From the NCBI GenBank assembly GCA_963674965.2, contig CAXXFL010000007.1:1-64000 (forward strand): a stretch of DNA of 64,000 nucleotides, read 5' to 3'. This stretch comes from a bacterium. GTDB taxonomy: Bacteria; RBG-13-61-14; DATKZS01. Each line of letters opens with the position of its first letter. Within the stretch, counting starts at the first letter, position 1. This document shows positions 8,287 to 19,547 of the stretch, piece after piece. Below the pieces are notes generated by a model. That model was not told the DNA's origin. It was given only the letters and a program-made list of their open reading frames with translations, and made no database searches. The position numbers were made by a program, and so were the translations under genes.

Positions 8287-9303
8287 ATGGGAAGGTACAT
8301 TGGAATCGATCTGCACAGGAATTGTTTCACCTCTTGCGTCCTGGCCGAGAACGGACGGAACTATCTCAAGGACTGGCGTCTCGAGGATTTGGAGAAGTTT
8401 TGCTCGACGCTTCGCGAGTCCGACGAGATCGCGGTTGAGGTCACGGGCAACGTCCGCCTTTTTTACGACGCCGTTCGCGGCCTCGTTTCCCGCGTCGTGG
8501 TTGTCAACCCTCGCCAGTTCAAGGTCATCAGCGAGTCGGTCAACAAAACGGACGGCAACGACGCCAGACGCCTTGCCCTGTTTTTGTCCAAGGGCCTTTT
8601 GCCGGAGGTGAGGATGCCGAACAAGGAACACGCTCAGGTTAAAAGCCTCACTCAAAGCCGGGACAAGCTGGTGAAGCTTCGCACGGCCTTGAAGAACAAG
8701 ATCAACAACATCTGCTCGGCCCACGGCATCAACCTGAAGAAGGAATATCTTTCCAGCGAGAAGGGCCTTGAGACGGTGCAGGAGATACCTTTCGACCCCA
8801 TGGTCAAGACCGAGGTCCGCGTCCTGGTGGAGCAGATTCGGGGCTTGAACGCCGGGGTCAAGGAGCTTGAGGCCGCCATCAAGGACTCGGGCAATCAGCT
8901 TCCCGGTCACAAGAATTTGAAGAGCATAAAGGGTATCGGGGACCTTGGCTCGGCCATACTTTTGTCGGTGATCGTTGACGTCAAGGACTTCCCCGACGAG
9001 GGCAAGCTGGCCTCCTACTTCGGCATCGTCCCCCGGGTTAGCAACTCGAACGAGACCAGCCGCTCGGGCCGGATCACGAAGCGGGGCAACAAACTCGGCC
9101 GCACTACCCTGGTCCAATGCGCCCTCATCGCCAAGCGTTACAGCCCTTATTTGTCGAGCTTCTACGAGCGTATCAAGGCCAGGCGCGGCGCGGGCAAGGC
9201 CATCATCGCGCTGGCTCGCAAATTTTTGAAGATCATTTACATCACTTTACAGGAAAACTTGATTTGGGAGGACTTCCCGAACGGAGTAATAGCGAAAGGC
9301 TGA
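8287..9303 (+). CDS. IS110-family recombinase/transposase (copy 2)
   Basis: Protein identical to 6973..7989. Confidence 0.95.
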   Translation: MGRYIGIDLHRNCFTSCVLAENGRNYLKDWRLEDLEKFCSTLRESDEIAVEVTGNVRLFYDAVRGLVSRVVVVNPRQFKVISESVNKTDGNDARRLALFLSKGLLPEVRMPNKEHAQVKSLTQSRDKLVKLRTALKNKINNICSAHGINLKKEYLSSEKGLETVQEIPFDPMVKTEVRVLVEQIRGLNAGVKELEAAIKDSGNQLPGHKNLKSIKGIGDLGSAILLSVIVDVKDFPDEGKLASYFGIVPRVSNSNETSRSGRITKRGNKLGRTTLVQCALIAKRYSPYLSSFYERIKARRGAGKAIIALARKFLKIIYITLQENLIWEDFPNGVIAKG

Positions 9304-9363
9304 GTTTGTAAAATAATTCAGCTAATTTAAAAGGTTGGGTAGACAACCATCATAGGAGATGAT

Positions 9364-9759
9364 ATGAATACCGGCACTAAATCGCTACTGTTCGGGACTC
9401 ATCAGTTCCTGCTCCATCCTCTTTTCGTGATTGCCGCCTGGAGGCGGCTTTACGGCGACTGGCCGGACGGGCCGACTCTTGTCGCCATCTTTGTCCATGA
9501 CTGGGGTTACTGGGGATGCGAGAAGATGGACGATAAGAAGGGAGAGGAGCACCCGATCAAGGGGGCCAAGATCGTCGAGCGGCTTTTTCCCGACCGGGGC
9601 CTGGGCGAGTTGACTCGGTATCACTCGCGGTTCCTGGCCAGGCGGGAGGGAGCCAGGGTGTCGCGGATGTGTCTGCCCGACAATTATGGCGTGGCCATGT
9701 ATCCCTGCCGGCTATCGACCAAAACCCCGTTAACTCCTCTGTTGCCTTGTTTCGCGTAA
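9364..9759 (+). CDS. HD-like hypothetical protein, possibly phage-derived and 3'-truncated
   Basis: H..H, VHDWGY, EEHP and YHS His pattern. SD AGGAG upstream. C-terminus looks degenerate. Confidence 0.6.
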   Translation: MNTGTKSLLFGTHQFLLHPLFVIAAWRRLYGDWPDGPTLVAIFVHDWGYWGCEKMDDKKGEEHPIKGAKIVERLFPDRGLGELTRYHSRFLARREGARVSRMCLPDNYGVAMYPCRLSTKTPLTPLLPCFA

Positions 9760-9928
9760 GAAGAGATGGAGCTCATGATCTCGAAAGCCGCGAGGATTAT
9801 AATCAAATAAAGGAGGATGAAGGAAAAGTCCCCCACATATCCACGAATCTGTGGAAATAATGCCCGCCTTTTCAAAGGTTCATCACCCATCTTGTATGCT
9901 CCTCGCCTTCAAGCCTTGCGCCGATCTT

Positions 9929-11056
9929 CTACACCCCCCACGATATATCGTCGCTTATTCCAGCGCGCTCCTTAATCAGCCTGGCCACGTTGAATTCTTC
10001 GGGACCAATGAACTCATTTTCAGGTACATGTTTTAATTTGCCGCTGATTTTTATCCAGACCATCTGGCTCCCGTCCGTGAAGAAGGCGGTTATTTCCGAG
10101 GTGGAGTATGATTTGGTCTTGCCCCGGAGGCGGAAGATGTCCGATCTTGTAGATATCTCATCTGGAGATACCTTGACGGTCTCCTTGCCCGCCAAAGCAT
10201 AAGATATATGGTAAATGCCCAAATATAATAACGTGACTCCCGGCGCGCCCAATACAATAATGAATATGCCTGGTCCATAATCGGGATATGTCTCGGCGAA
10301 AAGCGCCGCGCAAAAAGCAACCCAACCAATACCAAACAGGAGACCTAATGAATAGGATAAAATATCCAGCGGTTGCCCTTTTTGAGTTATCGTGATCCTC
10401 GCCTCGTTCCCGTAGTCCGCTACTTCCACCTTGTCTTTGAATTTCCCGATCAACCGAACGAGGGGGCGAAGCGGGATGAAATACTTTTCGTCACTCGCGT
10501 CCGGCGCGCGGTCCGCTATTCCCGTTCTTTGCTTTATGGCGCGGGCTATCTTTATGGCCTCTTCGAAATCAAGGTCCGGCCCGAATAGTCTTGCTTTTCC
10601 CTTTACGGGAAAGAGACGCAACGGTCCGGAAAGATTGTGAGGGGAAGATTGGTTAATAAAGAACAGGCCCAGGAACGATAGCTCCTCGCCCATCCAGGTC
10701 ATGGTCTTTTTATAGAGCAAGGACCGGTTTAAGATACTCAACTTATCTCTCGTCGTCTCGATCGTCTGGCTTCTCGAGAAGTAATGGACGATGAAACCTA
10801 TCGAGGAAACGATCGCAATTATAGATACCGCGCCCGCGATAAAAAGCACCCGGTCTTCATAGACGTTCACCTGGTATAAAGAACCTAGAGTCAAAATAAT
10901 AATCAGAAAGATGCAAAGATGCGCCATGAAAAAGCAAGAAAGCTCGATCGCAAGAGTAAGCAAAGGCAAAAGCCCGATGCTTTTCGGCCTTACCCTGATC
11001 ACCAGTCTCTCGCCGTCGTCCTCGACGCGGGCCTTTGTTTTTGGATTGCTTTTCAT
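9929..11056 (-). CDS. Hypothetical membrane protein, two tandem (2-TM + beta-rich) modules
   Basis: Two hydrophobic pairs, each followed by a similar soluble segment ending FGPDL..A.KIA..IKQRTGI / FIGPEE..VA..IKERAGI. Confidence 0.65.
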   Translation of the reverse strand: MKSNPKTKARVEDDGERLVIRVRPKSIGLLPLLTLAIELSCFFMAHLCIFLIIILTLGSLYQVNVYEDRVLFIAGAVSIIAIVSSIGFIVHYFSRSQTIETTRDKLSILNRSLLYKKTMTWMGEELSFLGLFFINQSSPHNLSGPLRLFPVKGKARLFGPDLDFEEAIKIARAIKQRTGIADRAPDASDEKYFIPLRPLVRLIGKFKDKVEVADYGNEARITITQKGQPLDILSYSLGLLFGIGWVAFCAALFAETYPDYGPGIFIIVLGAPGVTLLYLGIYHISYALAGKETVKVSPDEISTRSDIFRLRGKTKSYSTSEITAFFTDGSQMVWIKISGKLKHVPENEFIGPEEFNVARLIKERAGISDDISWGV

Positions 11057-11213
11057 CTCGATTATGGGCGAGGAGGCGAAACCGAAGGCCGCGCCTCGTC
11101 GCCGGGCTAAATTACCTTCTACCTTGTGGACTTATAATTATCATAGACGCTTATGGAATGTAAAACGGATTATGGGCCGCTTGGCTTCCTGATTTGCCGT
11201 TTTTCGGATTCGC

Positions 11214-11903
11214 CTATTTTTTGATCTTGGAGAATTTCCGTCGGTAGTGCATGGGAGGCATGCCTTTTTCTTTGCGGAACTCGCGGCAGAAGTAGGGCAC
11301 GGAGAGGAACCCGCTTTGCTCGGTGATCTCCTTGAGGGGCAGGTCGGTGTTTTCCAGAAGGTGGCAGGCCCGGGCGATTCGTAAATTACGGAGGTAGGAG
11401 ATGGGCGTCACGCCGTACTTGGACTTGAATTTCCTGCAAAAGTAGCTGGTTGACATGTCGGCGTAAGAGGCTATTTCCGTGAGGGTAATGCTTTCCCGGA
11501 AGTGGTCGTCCATTTTCCTCCGGGCCAGCTCGAGGGGAGAGCTTGCCTTGTCAGGGGCGGACTTCTTTTTGGGCTTTTTGGCCTTGGGCTCGGGTTTCAG
11601 GTCCATCAAGTGATCCATGGGACCGGAGAGCGGAGCCTGCTCGTCCCCGGGGGGCAAAGCGGCCGTTCCCTCCTCGAAGTAAATCACGGGCACGTTATTC
11701 AGTTTTTTAATCCGCCTGGTAATCTCGGTGCGCATCTCGGCCGGGACCGAGTCGAGTATGACCAGATCGTAAGCCTTGCGGCCGGACAGTTTGCCCGACA
11801 ACTCTTCCCATTGAGTGGCAAAGGTGAAATCGGCTCCCTCGCCCGCGACCCCACTTTTGCCCGCCCCCTTGGGTCCGTAATGAAACACGAGTACTTTAGC
11901 CAT
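11214..11903 (-). CDS. AraC-family regulator with degenerate receiver-like N-terminus
   Basis: MSTSYFCRKFK, LRIARACHLL and GF.S..YFCREFRK..GMPP..YR double HTH. Confidence 0.85.
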   Translation of the reverse strand: MAKVLVFHYGPKGAGKSGVAGEGADFTFATQWEELSGKLSGRKAYDLVILDSVPAEMRTEITRRIKKLNNVPVIYFEEGTAALPPGDEQAPLSGPMDHLMDLKPEPKAKKPKKKSAPDKASSPLELARRKMDDHFRESITLTEIASYADMSTSYFCRKFKSKYGVTPISYLRNLRIARACHLLENTDLPLKEITEQSGFLSVPYFCREFRKEKGMPPMHYRRKFSKIKK

Positions 11904-12318
11904 TTTACGACCTTCCCTCTTGAATTCATGGCCTTCGAAAGGCCGCGATCTTAAGGGCCGCGAGCGCCAAAACGACGCTGTTCGTTAACTGGTCTCCGCA
12001 TGGATTTTCGCCCCCAAAGACAAAAACCCGCCATTCTCGGAAATATATTATTTCCTTGTATATACTTATCTATAGCACAAAAACGATGAAAAGCCAAGAG
12101 GAAAATTTATGAAAATGTATATTTCCTTCACTTTTTTCCGACATTGTCCGGTTTCCACTTTTTTTTCAAGTCCTTATATGCAAAAAAGCAAATTTTCAAT
12201 CCTCTCCCATTCGCGCTTTAATTATATTTAATTGTCTTTAATTATGCTCCAATTAATATCAATTTGTGCCGCGGCCATCAAAAGTTTACGACCAACTACT
12301 ATCGGATCGGGATATACG

Positions 12319-13269
12319 CTAACGGCCCCGCTCCGGGGCCAGGGCGTCCCGAAGACCGTCCCCCAAGAAGTTGAAAGCGAGCATGGCCGTGAATATGGCC
12401 AGGCTGGGAAAAAGGATCAGGAAAGGATCGAAATGCATCGAGGTCCAGCCGTCCGAGGCCAGAGTGCCCCAGGAGGACTTGGGAGGCTGGATGCCAAGTC
12501 CTATGAACGACAGGGTGCTCTCCGCCAGGATGACCGCTGGTATACGGAAAGTTAAAGTCACGATAAGAGGTCCCCACACGTTCGGCAGGATGTGCCTGGC
12601 CACGATGGCCGTGTGGCCAACCCCCAGGGCCCGGGCCGCCTCGACGAAGGTCTCCTCCCTCAGGCGCAGGACCTCGCCCCGGATCAGCCGGGCCACGTAA
12701 ACCCAGCTCACCAGGGACAAGGCCAAAAGCAGGGCCAGGTTGTCCGCGTTAAGAACGCTCTTGAAGGCCGAGGCCCCCACCATGGCCAGAGCGCCGTTCA
12801 GCCATTCACGGTCGATGACCGCGTTGATCAGGATAATCAAGAGCAGGTCCGGGAAGGAATAGACCAGGTCGACGAACCTCATCATGAGGTTGTCCAGCGG
12901 TCCTCCCACGTATCCGGACAAAGAGCCGTAGGCCGTGCCTACCAAAAGGCTGATCAAGGTCGAGACCACCGCCACCCCCAGCGACACGCGGGCCCCGAAG
13001 ATCATCCGGCTGAAAAGGTCCCGCCCCAGGTGGTCGGTGCCCATCCAATGGTCGGCGCTCGGGGGTGACGGGTTTTCAACGGCCGCGTAATCCATCTCCT
13101 CGAAAGAGTATGGCGATATGTATGGGGCCAGAAGGGCGGCCAGGCATAATAGAACGACCCAGACAAGTCCGGCCATGGCCGCTCGGTTGCGGGTGAACTT
13201 GGCCAGCGCCAGGCGGGAAGGACTCATGGCCGTCGCCTTGACTTCGCCTCGCGATCCCCCGGCCGCCAT
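12319..13269 (-). CDS. oppC: Oligopeptide/dipeptide ABC permease (OppC/DppC type)
   Basis: HWMGTDHLGRD, FVEAARALG and AFNFLGDGLRDAL motifs. Confidence 0.9.
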   Translation of the reverse strand: MAAGGSRGEVKATAMSPSRLALAKFTRNRAAMAGLVWVVLLCLAALLAPYISPYSFEEMDYAAVENPSPPSADHWMGTDHLGRDLFSRMIFGARVSLGVAVVSTLISLLVGTAYGSLSGYVGGPLDNLMMRFVDLVYSFPDLLLIILINAVIDREWLNGALAMVGASAFKSVLNADNLALLLALSLVSWVYVARLIRGEVLRLREETFVEAARALGVGHTAIVARHILPNVWGPLIVTLTFRIPAVILAESTLSFIGLGIQPPKSSWGTLASDGWTSMHFDPFLILFPSLAIFTAMLAFNFLGDGLRDALAPERGR

Positions 13270-13272
13270 GGA

Positions 13273-14253
13273 CTACTCCTCCCCTACCCTGATGAGTATT
13301 TTGAGCGCTCCCGGCCTCGAGGCCTCCTTGACCGCCTCGGCCCCGTCCTCGAGGGGGAAGGCCCCGCCGATGAGGTCGCCCGTCTTGATCTCGCCCGAGG
13401 CCAGGGCCGACAGGGCGGGAGGGAAAGGACCGCAACGGGAACCGATCACGCTTATCTCGTCCACCACCAGCCGGGAGAGGTCCGCGGGCACGCGATCGGC
13501 CGCGGTGGTTTTCTGGAGAATCTCGCCTCTCGGCCGGACCAGGGACATGGCCGTCTCGAAGCCGTCCGGCCTTCCCGTTGCCTCGACCACCATATCGAAC
13601 CGAGCGAAAGGATCGGGCGCGATCGTTTTAACGACGTCGCCAACCGGGGCCGTCTCGATCTTGTCCTTTTCCAGGAGCGCCATTTTATCCGGATGCTTCC
13701 CGGCAAGGACCAGCCTTTTAACGCCTTGTCCCTTCAGGACCCGAGCTACAAGTATGCCGAGCTTGCCGTCGCCCAGGACCAGGACCCTTTTGTCCCTTAC
13801 CGAGGTCTGCTCGAGAATCTCGAAACAGGCCGCGGCCGGCTCGACGAAAACCGCCGCCTCATCGGAAAGGTCGTCCGGTACCTCGTGAAGATTGGAAAGG
13901 GGCAAAGTGACATACTCGGCGAAAGCTCCGTCCTTCTTATAGATGCCCAGTGTTTGCCTGTTCGGGCAATGCCGGGAAAGCCCGCCCCCGCAAAAGGAGC
14001 ATTCCGTGCAAGGCAGGTTTATCTCTCCCACCACGCGTTTGCCGATCCAGCTTTTATCCTCGCTCTCGCGGACCAGCCCCACGAACTCGTGTCCGGGTAT
14101 GCCCGTAAAGCCCATGTATCCTTTCACGATCTCGACGTCGGTGCGGCAAACGCCCGCCAGCGTAACCCGTATCAGGACCTCGCCCGGACCCGGCGCGGGT
14201 TTTTCCATCTCGCGGGTCTCGAGTTTTTTTCCGTCGAAATAAAGGGCTTTCAT
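13273..14253 (-). CDS. Zn-dependent medium-chain alcohol dehydrogenase
   Basis: GVCRTD, GHEFVG, CxxCxxCx7C and GDGKLG motifs. Confidence 0.9.
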   Translation of the reverse strand: MKALYFDGKKLETREMEKPAPGPGEVLIRVTLAGVCRTDVEIVKGYMGFTGIPGHEFVGLVRESEDKSWIGKRVVGEINLPCTECSFCGGGLSRHCPNRQTLGIYKKDGAFAEYVTLPLSNLHEVPDDLSDEAAVFVEPAAACFEILEQTSVRDKRVLVLGDGKLGILVARVLKGQGVKRLVLAGKHPDKMALLEKDKIETAPVGDVVKTIAPDPFARFDMVVEATGRPDGFETAMSLVRPRGEILQKTTAADRVPADLSRLVVDEISVIGSRCGPFPPALSALASGEIKTGDLIGGAFPLEDGAEAVKEASRPGALKILIRVGEE

Positions 14254-14460
14254 GTCGTTTATTCTATGATCGGCGGCGGTTCACATCAAATCCTAACGGG
14301 CCGGAAACAAGGGCTTAATTTTTTACGATCGTTAGAAAACTTGTGCCCGCCGACAAATCGGGTTATCTATATCTAACGGTTCGAGCGCGGTCCGGGGGAA
14401 CTCGAAATATGGACCGTGACGCTGGAACGGGGCAAATGACCCAATCAGGAGGGGATTAAG

Positions 14461-15810
14461 ATGAGGAAAAGGTTTTCCGGTGCGAGCAAAATCATTTTGG
14501 CGTTGGTATTGGCCGCCGCGCTTTTAGGCTACCTTGGCGCGGCCGACGCGCAGGACGGGTCGGTAAAGACCCTGGGCCGCCTCGAGGACCCGGTGGTAAT
14601 CACGGCGGACAAGCTTTCGGACGTCAAGGACTCCGAGATAGACGAGTTGGCGCTTTTCGCCTGGGACGGCTCGGCTTTCAAGCCCATACCTTTCCAGGTT
14701 GACGAGCGGGCCAAGAACGGCATGTTCGTATACCCCGAGGGAAAAGACGCCAATCCCAAGGACGGCGACCGCAAGGTCAACGGCAAGGACGAGCTGGTGT
14801 TCATGGCATGGGACTCGGCCGGCAAGGCGCCCACCGGCTCGGAGCTTCCCTGCGACGCCGACAAGTCGGTCGAGATAGAGATTAGCGACCCTATAGACAA
14901 CGGCAAGGCATGGGTGTACCTGGCCGAGTGCGATGACGACCCTCCCCGCTCGCCGGTGGACTATGTCCGTAACGAATACGACGGGGAGCGGGACTGGGTC
15001 AAGACGGACCGGTATCATTTCGCGGAGATTCGGGGTAAGACCTTTTTCGACCGGCTGGCCCTGAAGGGCCAGAGCGGTAAGGTCGGTCCCAACCTGGTTG
15101 ACCGCATCAAGGGCCGGACCAAGATCGAGGCGGCCGCGGGACTTATCAAGCTCACTCCAGGCGAGGCCAGCCTTGAAGGCTCGATCAAGGCCTGGATTGA
15201 CGGCCCCGTCAGGGTCGTGCACCTGATGGCGGCCTATGTGGAACTTTCCGTGATCAAGCTCAATCTTGGAGGCCAGGCGGAGAATGAGTTTTACCCCAAT
15301 TACTTCGTGACGCCCATCGAGTTGGGCATGCCTTTCAACCCCAGCACCGTTTTAAGTTCCTTCCAGATGCGCTACGCCATCGACTGGAACCAAAAAATGG
15401 AGGGGGCCAAATACTACGACCCCATCAACGCGAAAGGCGTCGTGCTTGACGGCAAGATGAGCGACGACGAGAAGAACATGGACTATAAGACGGCCCATGA
15501 GTGGTACGCCATTACCGGGCCGGAGGGCAACCTGGTGGTCAGGCTGGTGATCCCCAAGGAATGGCAAAAGGCCGTGCCCCAAAGACTTTACTACGTGGAC
15601 GACGTCACCGCGGCCGACGAGCCCGAGTCGGACCCCGGCCAGCGCTGCCCGGGCTTTCTTATGGACACCATGGTGGACATACCCGCGGGCAAGCATAAAT
15701 ATTACCTTTACTACATGTCGCCCGACAAGGCCCCGCCCGCCTCGGTCCCGGACATGCTCAACATCCTGGACCACCCCCTGAAAATAAAGGCCTCCAAGCT
15801 GGGCGATTAA
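14461..15810 (+). CDS. Secreted hypothetical protein
   Basis: Strong SD, signal peptide ending ADA|Q, host-like codon usage; family not recognised. Confidence 0.8.
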   Translation: MRKRFSGASKIILALVLAAALLGYLGAADAQDGSVKTLGRLEDPVVITADKLSDVKDSEIDELALFAWDGSAFKPIPFQVDERAKNGMFVYPEGKDANPKDGDRKVNGKDELVFMAWDSAGKAPTGSELPCDADKSVEIEISDPIDNGKAWVYLAECDDDPPRSPVDYVRNEYDGERDWVKTDRYHFAEIRGKTFFDRLALKGQSGKVGPNLVDRIKGRTKIEAAAGLIKLTPGEASLEGSIKAWIDGPVRVVHLMAAYVELSVIKLNLGGQAENEFYPNYFVTPIELGMPFNPSTVLSSFQMRYAIDWNQKMEGAKYYDPINAKGVVLDGKMSDDEKNMDYKTAHEWYAITGPEGNLVVRLVIPKEWQKAVPQRLYYVDDVTAADEPESDPGQRCPGFLMDTMVDIPAGKHKYYLYYMSPDKAPPASVPDMLNILDHPLKIKASKLGD

Positions 15811-15852
15811 GGAAACTCAAGGCGCGTCAAAGACGCGGGAACGGAAGGTACT

Positions 15853-15897
15853 CGGTCGCGGCCGGGACCACCCGCAAGGGCGGTTCCGCCGCGACCG
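15853..15897. other. Long GC hairpin with GCAA tetraloop between convergent genes
   Basis: CGGTCGCGGCCGGGACCACCC-GCAA-GGGCGGTTCCGCCGCGACCG. Confidence 0.55.
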
Positions 15898-16016
15898 GTT
15901 ATTGTAGGACGTCTCCGGAATTGAAAAGAGAAAGTCCCGGGCAAAGAGCTTGTCGATCAACTTGAATCAACGGTCCTGTAAGTGAAACGGTTAAGACAAG
16001 GATGGCGACTTAATTT

Positions 16017-16868
16017 TCACTGCTCCAGCGCGCAGCGCATTCCTCTGCCTATGGTATAAGAACTCTCGGGGGACACCTCGGGGACGTTCGCTCGCAAAGA
16101 CACTCGCAGATATTCGTTAACGGTATCGCACCAAGCGCCGCCCCGTAATATTCTGGTGTCGCAACTTGATTGAGACGGCCCTTGAGGATCGTTAACCGGA
16201 CTAATTGAGAAATAGTCAGCTTGATAGCAGTCGTTTACAAATTCCCACACATTGCCGTTCATATCGTAGAGGCCGTAGCCGTTCGGCGCGTAGCTTCCCC
16301 CTGGATGCGAGTCATTGTCCAGCCCATTATAGTCGTAACAAGAAGAAGACCCGTCATACCTTCCATAATTGGCGTCAGCGCATGATATTTCGTCTCCATT
16401 TACATATCTTTGGCCGGAAAGACCGCCGCGGGCGGCGTATTCCCATTCCGCTTCCGTGGGAAGGCGTTTTTCCGCCCAGGCGCAATAGGCCTTGGCGTCC
16501 TTCCAATCCGCGAAAATAAAGGGGTAATCATCGTAAGTCGGGTCTGAATAATAGTTGTCTCGTGACCAGGCGTTCGTTTTTCTCGGGTGGTCGCAACCGC
16601 CATCCTCCTCGCAAGCCCTGTACTCGGCGTTAGTCACCTCATAGATATCCATGTAAAAGTCTGACGTAATGCATACTTCATGCACGGGAAGCTCACTGGC
16701 CTGACCTTCACCGAAGTGGTCTCCCATGTCGAAGCAGCCCGAGGGGATAAGCGCCATGTTATAGGGAGTCGCGTATCCCTTTACCTCAGGGTCGCAAGTT
16801 GAAAGAAGAAACGAGACAACGACCGTTAATAAAAGACTTCCTGCCTTGGCTGGATTCACGTTTTTCAT
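16017..16868 (-). CDS. FGE-sulfatase/SUMF1-domain protein, exported
   Basis: YEVTNAEY, RLPTEAEWEYAARGG, GLYDMNGNVWE and LRGGAW motifs. Confidence 0.92.
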   Translation of the reverse strand: MKNVNPAKAGSLLLTVVVSFLLSTCDPEVKGYATPYNMALIPSGCFDMGDHFGEGQASELPVHEVCITSDFYMDIYEVTNAEYRACEEDGGCDHPRKTNAWSRDNYYSDPTYDDYPFIFADWKDAKAYCAWAEKRLPTEAEWEYAARGGLSGQRYVNGDEISCADANYGRYDGSSSCYDYNGLDNDSHPGGSYAPNGYGLYDMNGNVWEFVNDCYQADYFSISPVNDPQGPSQSSCDTRILRGGAWCDTVNEYLRVSLRANVPEVSPESSYTIGRGMRCALEQ

Positions 16869-17074
16869 TTTTTCCTCCGAATTAACGATTTGTGGGATAT
16901 GATTTCTTTTTTACTTTTCAGATATTATTCACAGGACCGAATAGGATGTCAAGCATTTATACGCCATGGAGACGGATTTTTTCCTAGGGGCATTGGTGGA
17001 AAATATTTCGGGAAAAGCAAAATTTTTTCCCTGGCCGGCTTGCTTTTTCCAGAAAGATGATTAAGATATTGACG

Positions 17075-17101
17075 TTGGCACTCGCTGGGGGTGAGTGCCA
17101 A
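17075..17101 (+). promoter_or_regulatory. CIRCE operator (HrcA)
   Basis: TTGGCACTC-N9-GAGTGCCAA upstream of groES. Confidence 0.92.
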
Positions 17102-17149
17102 TTCTTAACCCGTTATTTTGCAATTATTTTTCATGAAAGGAGATAAAGG

Positions 17150-17452
17150 ATGAAAATCAAGCCGTTGCAGGACCGAGTGGTAGTACAAAGGATAGAGAAG
17201 GAGGAAAAAACGGCGGGCGGGATCATAATTCCCGACAGCGCCAAGGAAAAACCCGCCGAGGGTATCATATTGGAGGCCGGCCGGGGCAAAGTTCTCGAGG
17301 ATGGCAAGGTCATTCCTCTTGACGTTAAGGTGGGGGACCACGTTCTTTTCGCCAAGTACGCGGGGACCGAGATCAAGATCGACGGCGGCGAGTACCTTAT
17401 CATGCGTGAGGACGAGATTCTGGGCGTGATCGATTCGGGCAAAAAGAAATAG
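17150..17452 (+). CDS. groES: Co-chaperonin GroES
   Basis: [10 protein letters not shown] and [13 protein letters not shown] motifs. Confidence 0.98.
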   Translation: MKIKPLQDRVVVQRIEKEEKTAGGIIIPDSAKEKPAEGIILEAGRGKVLEDGKVIPLDVKVGDHVLFAKYAGTEIKIDGGEYLIMREDEILGVIDSGKKK

Positions 17453-17456
17453 CTAA

Positions 17457-19082
<1,626 letters not shown>

Positions 19083-19107
19083 ATATAATCGATTGATTTA
19101 AGAGATA

Positions 19108-19181
19108 ACAAGGGCGGGAGAAATCTCGCCCTTGTCCTTTTTGGCCCCCCCAAAAAAAAGAGGGGTCTTTCCCCTCCTTTT
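19108..19181. terminator. Two terminator hairpins between convergent groEL and tatA
   Basis: ACAAGGGCG...CGCCCTTGT plus T-tract; then A8-GAGGGG...CCCCTC-CTTTT. Confidence 0.7.
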
Positions 19182-19201
19182 GGTTGACAACTAAACAAGC
19201 C

Positions 19202-19387
19202 TCAGCTTTCGTGGTTTCCTTCCTCCAGTTGTTTGGAGTCGTCCTCGATCTCGGTGATCGACTTCTTGAAGTTCTTGATTCCCTTGCCAAGGCTCGCGCC
19301 TATCTCCGGGAGCCTTTTAGCCCCGAAGACGATGGCCAAAACGAGCACGATGGCCATTATTTCCCATACGCCTAATCCACCGAACAT
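19202..19387 (-). CDS. tatA: Twin-arginine translocase TatA/E
   Basis: FGAKRLPEIGASLGKGIKNFK; SD GGAGGTGA upstream of the ATG at 19387. Confidence 0.93.
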   Translation of the reverse strand: MFGGLGVWEIMAIVLVLAIVFGAKRLPEIGASLGKGIKNFKKSITEIEDDSKQLEEGNHES

Positions 19388-19547
19388 GTTAGTCACCTCC
19401 CATGTTGTACATTAATGACTGTATCATAAAGGAGGGAGGGCCGCAACAGATACGGTCCCGTCGCCCCCATAAAATTTCCGCTTTGAAAAGATCGGGCCTC
19501 CATGTTAAAAAATGCCTTACGCGGCAGGGGAAATAAGGGAGGTAAAG

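Larger units (their letters stand above)
8045..9358 (+). mobile_element. IS110-family element, copy 2 of tandem dimer
   Basis: Matches copy 1; the one difference I found is synonymous A7896/G9210. Confidence 0.93.

Noticed and set aside
17136-17147. Second IS110 target at the groES RBS
   Set aside because: Only the left arm and core match; the right arm is AAA, not GAT, and the site is empty.
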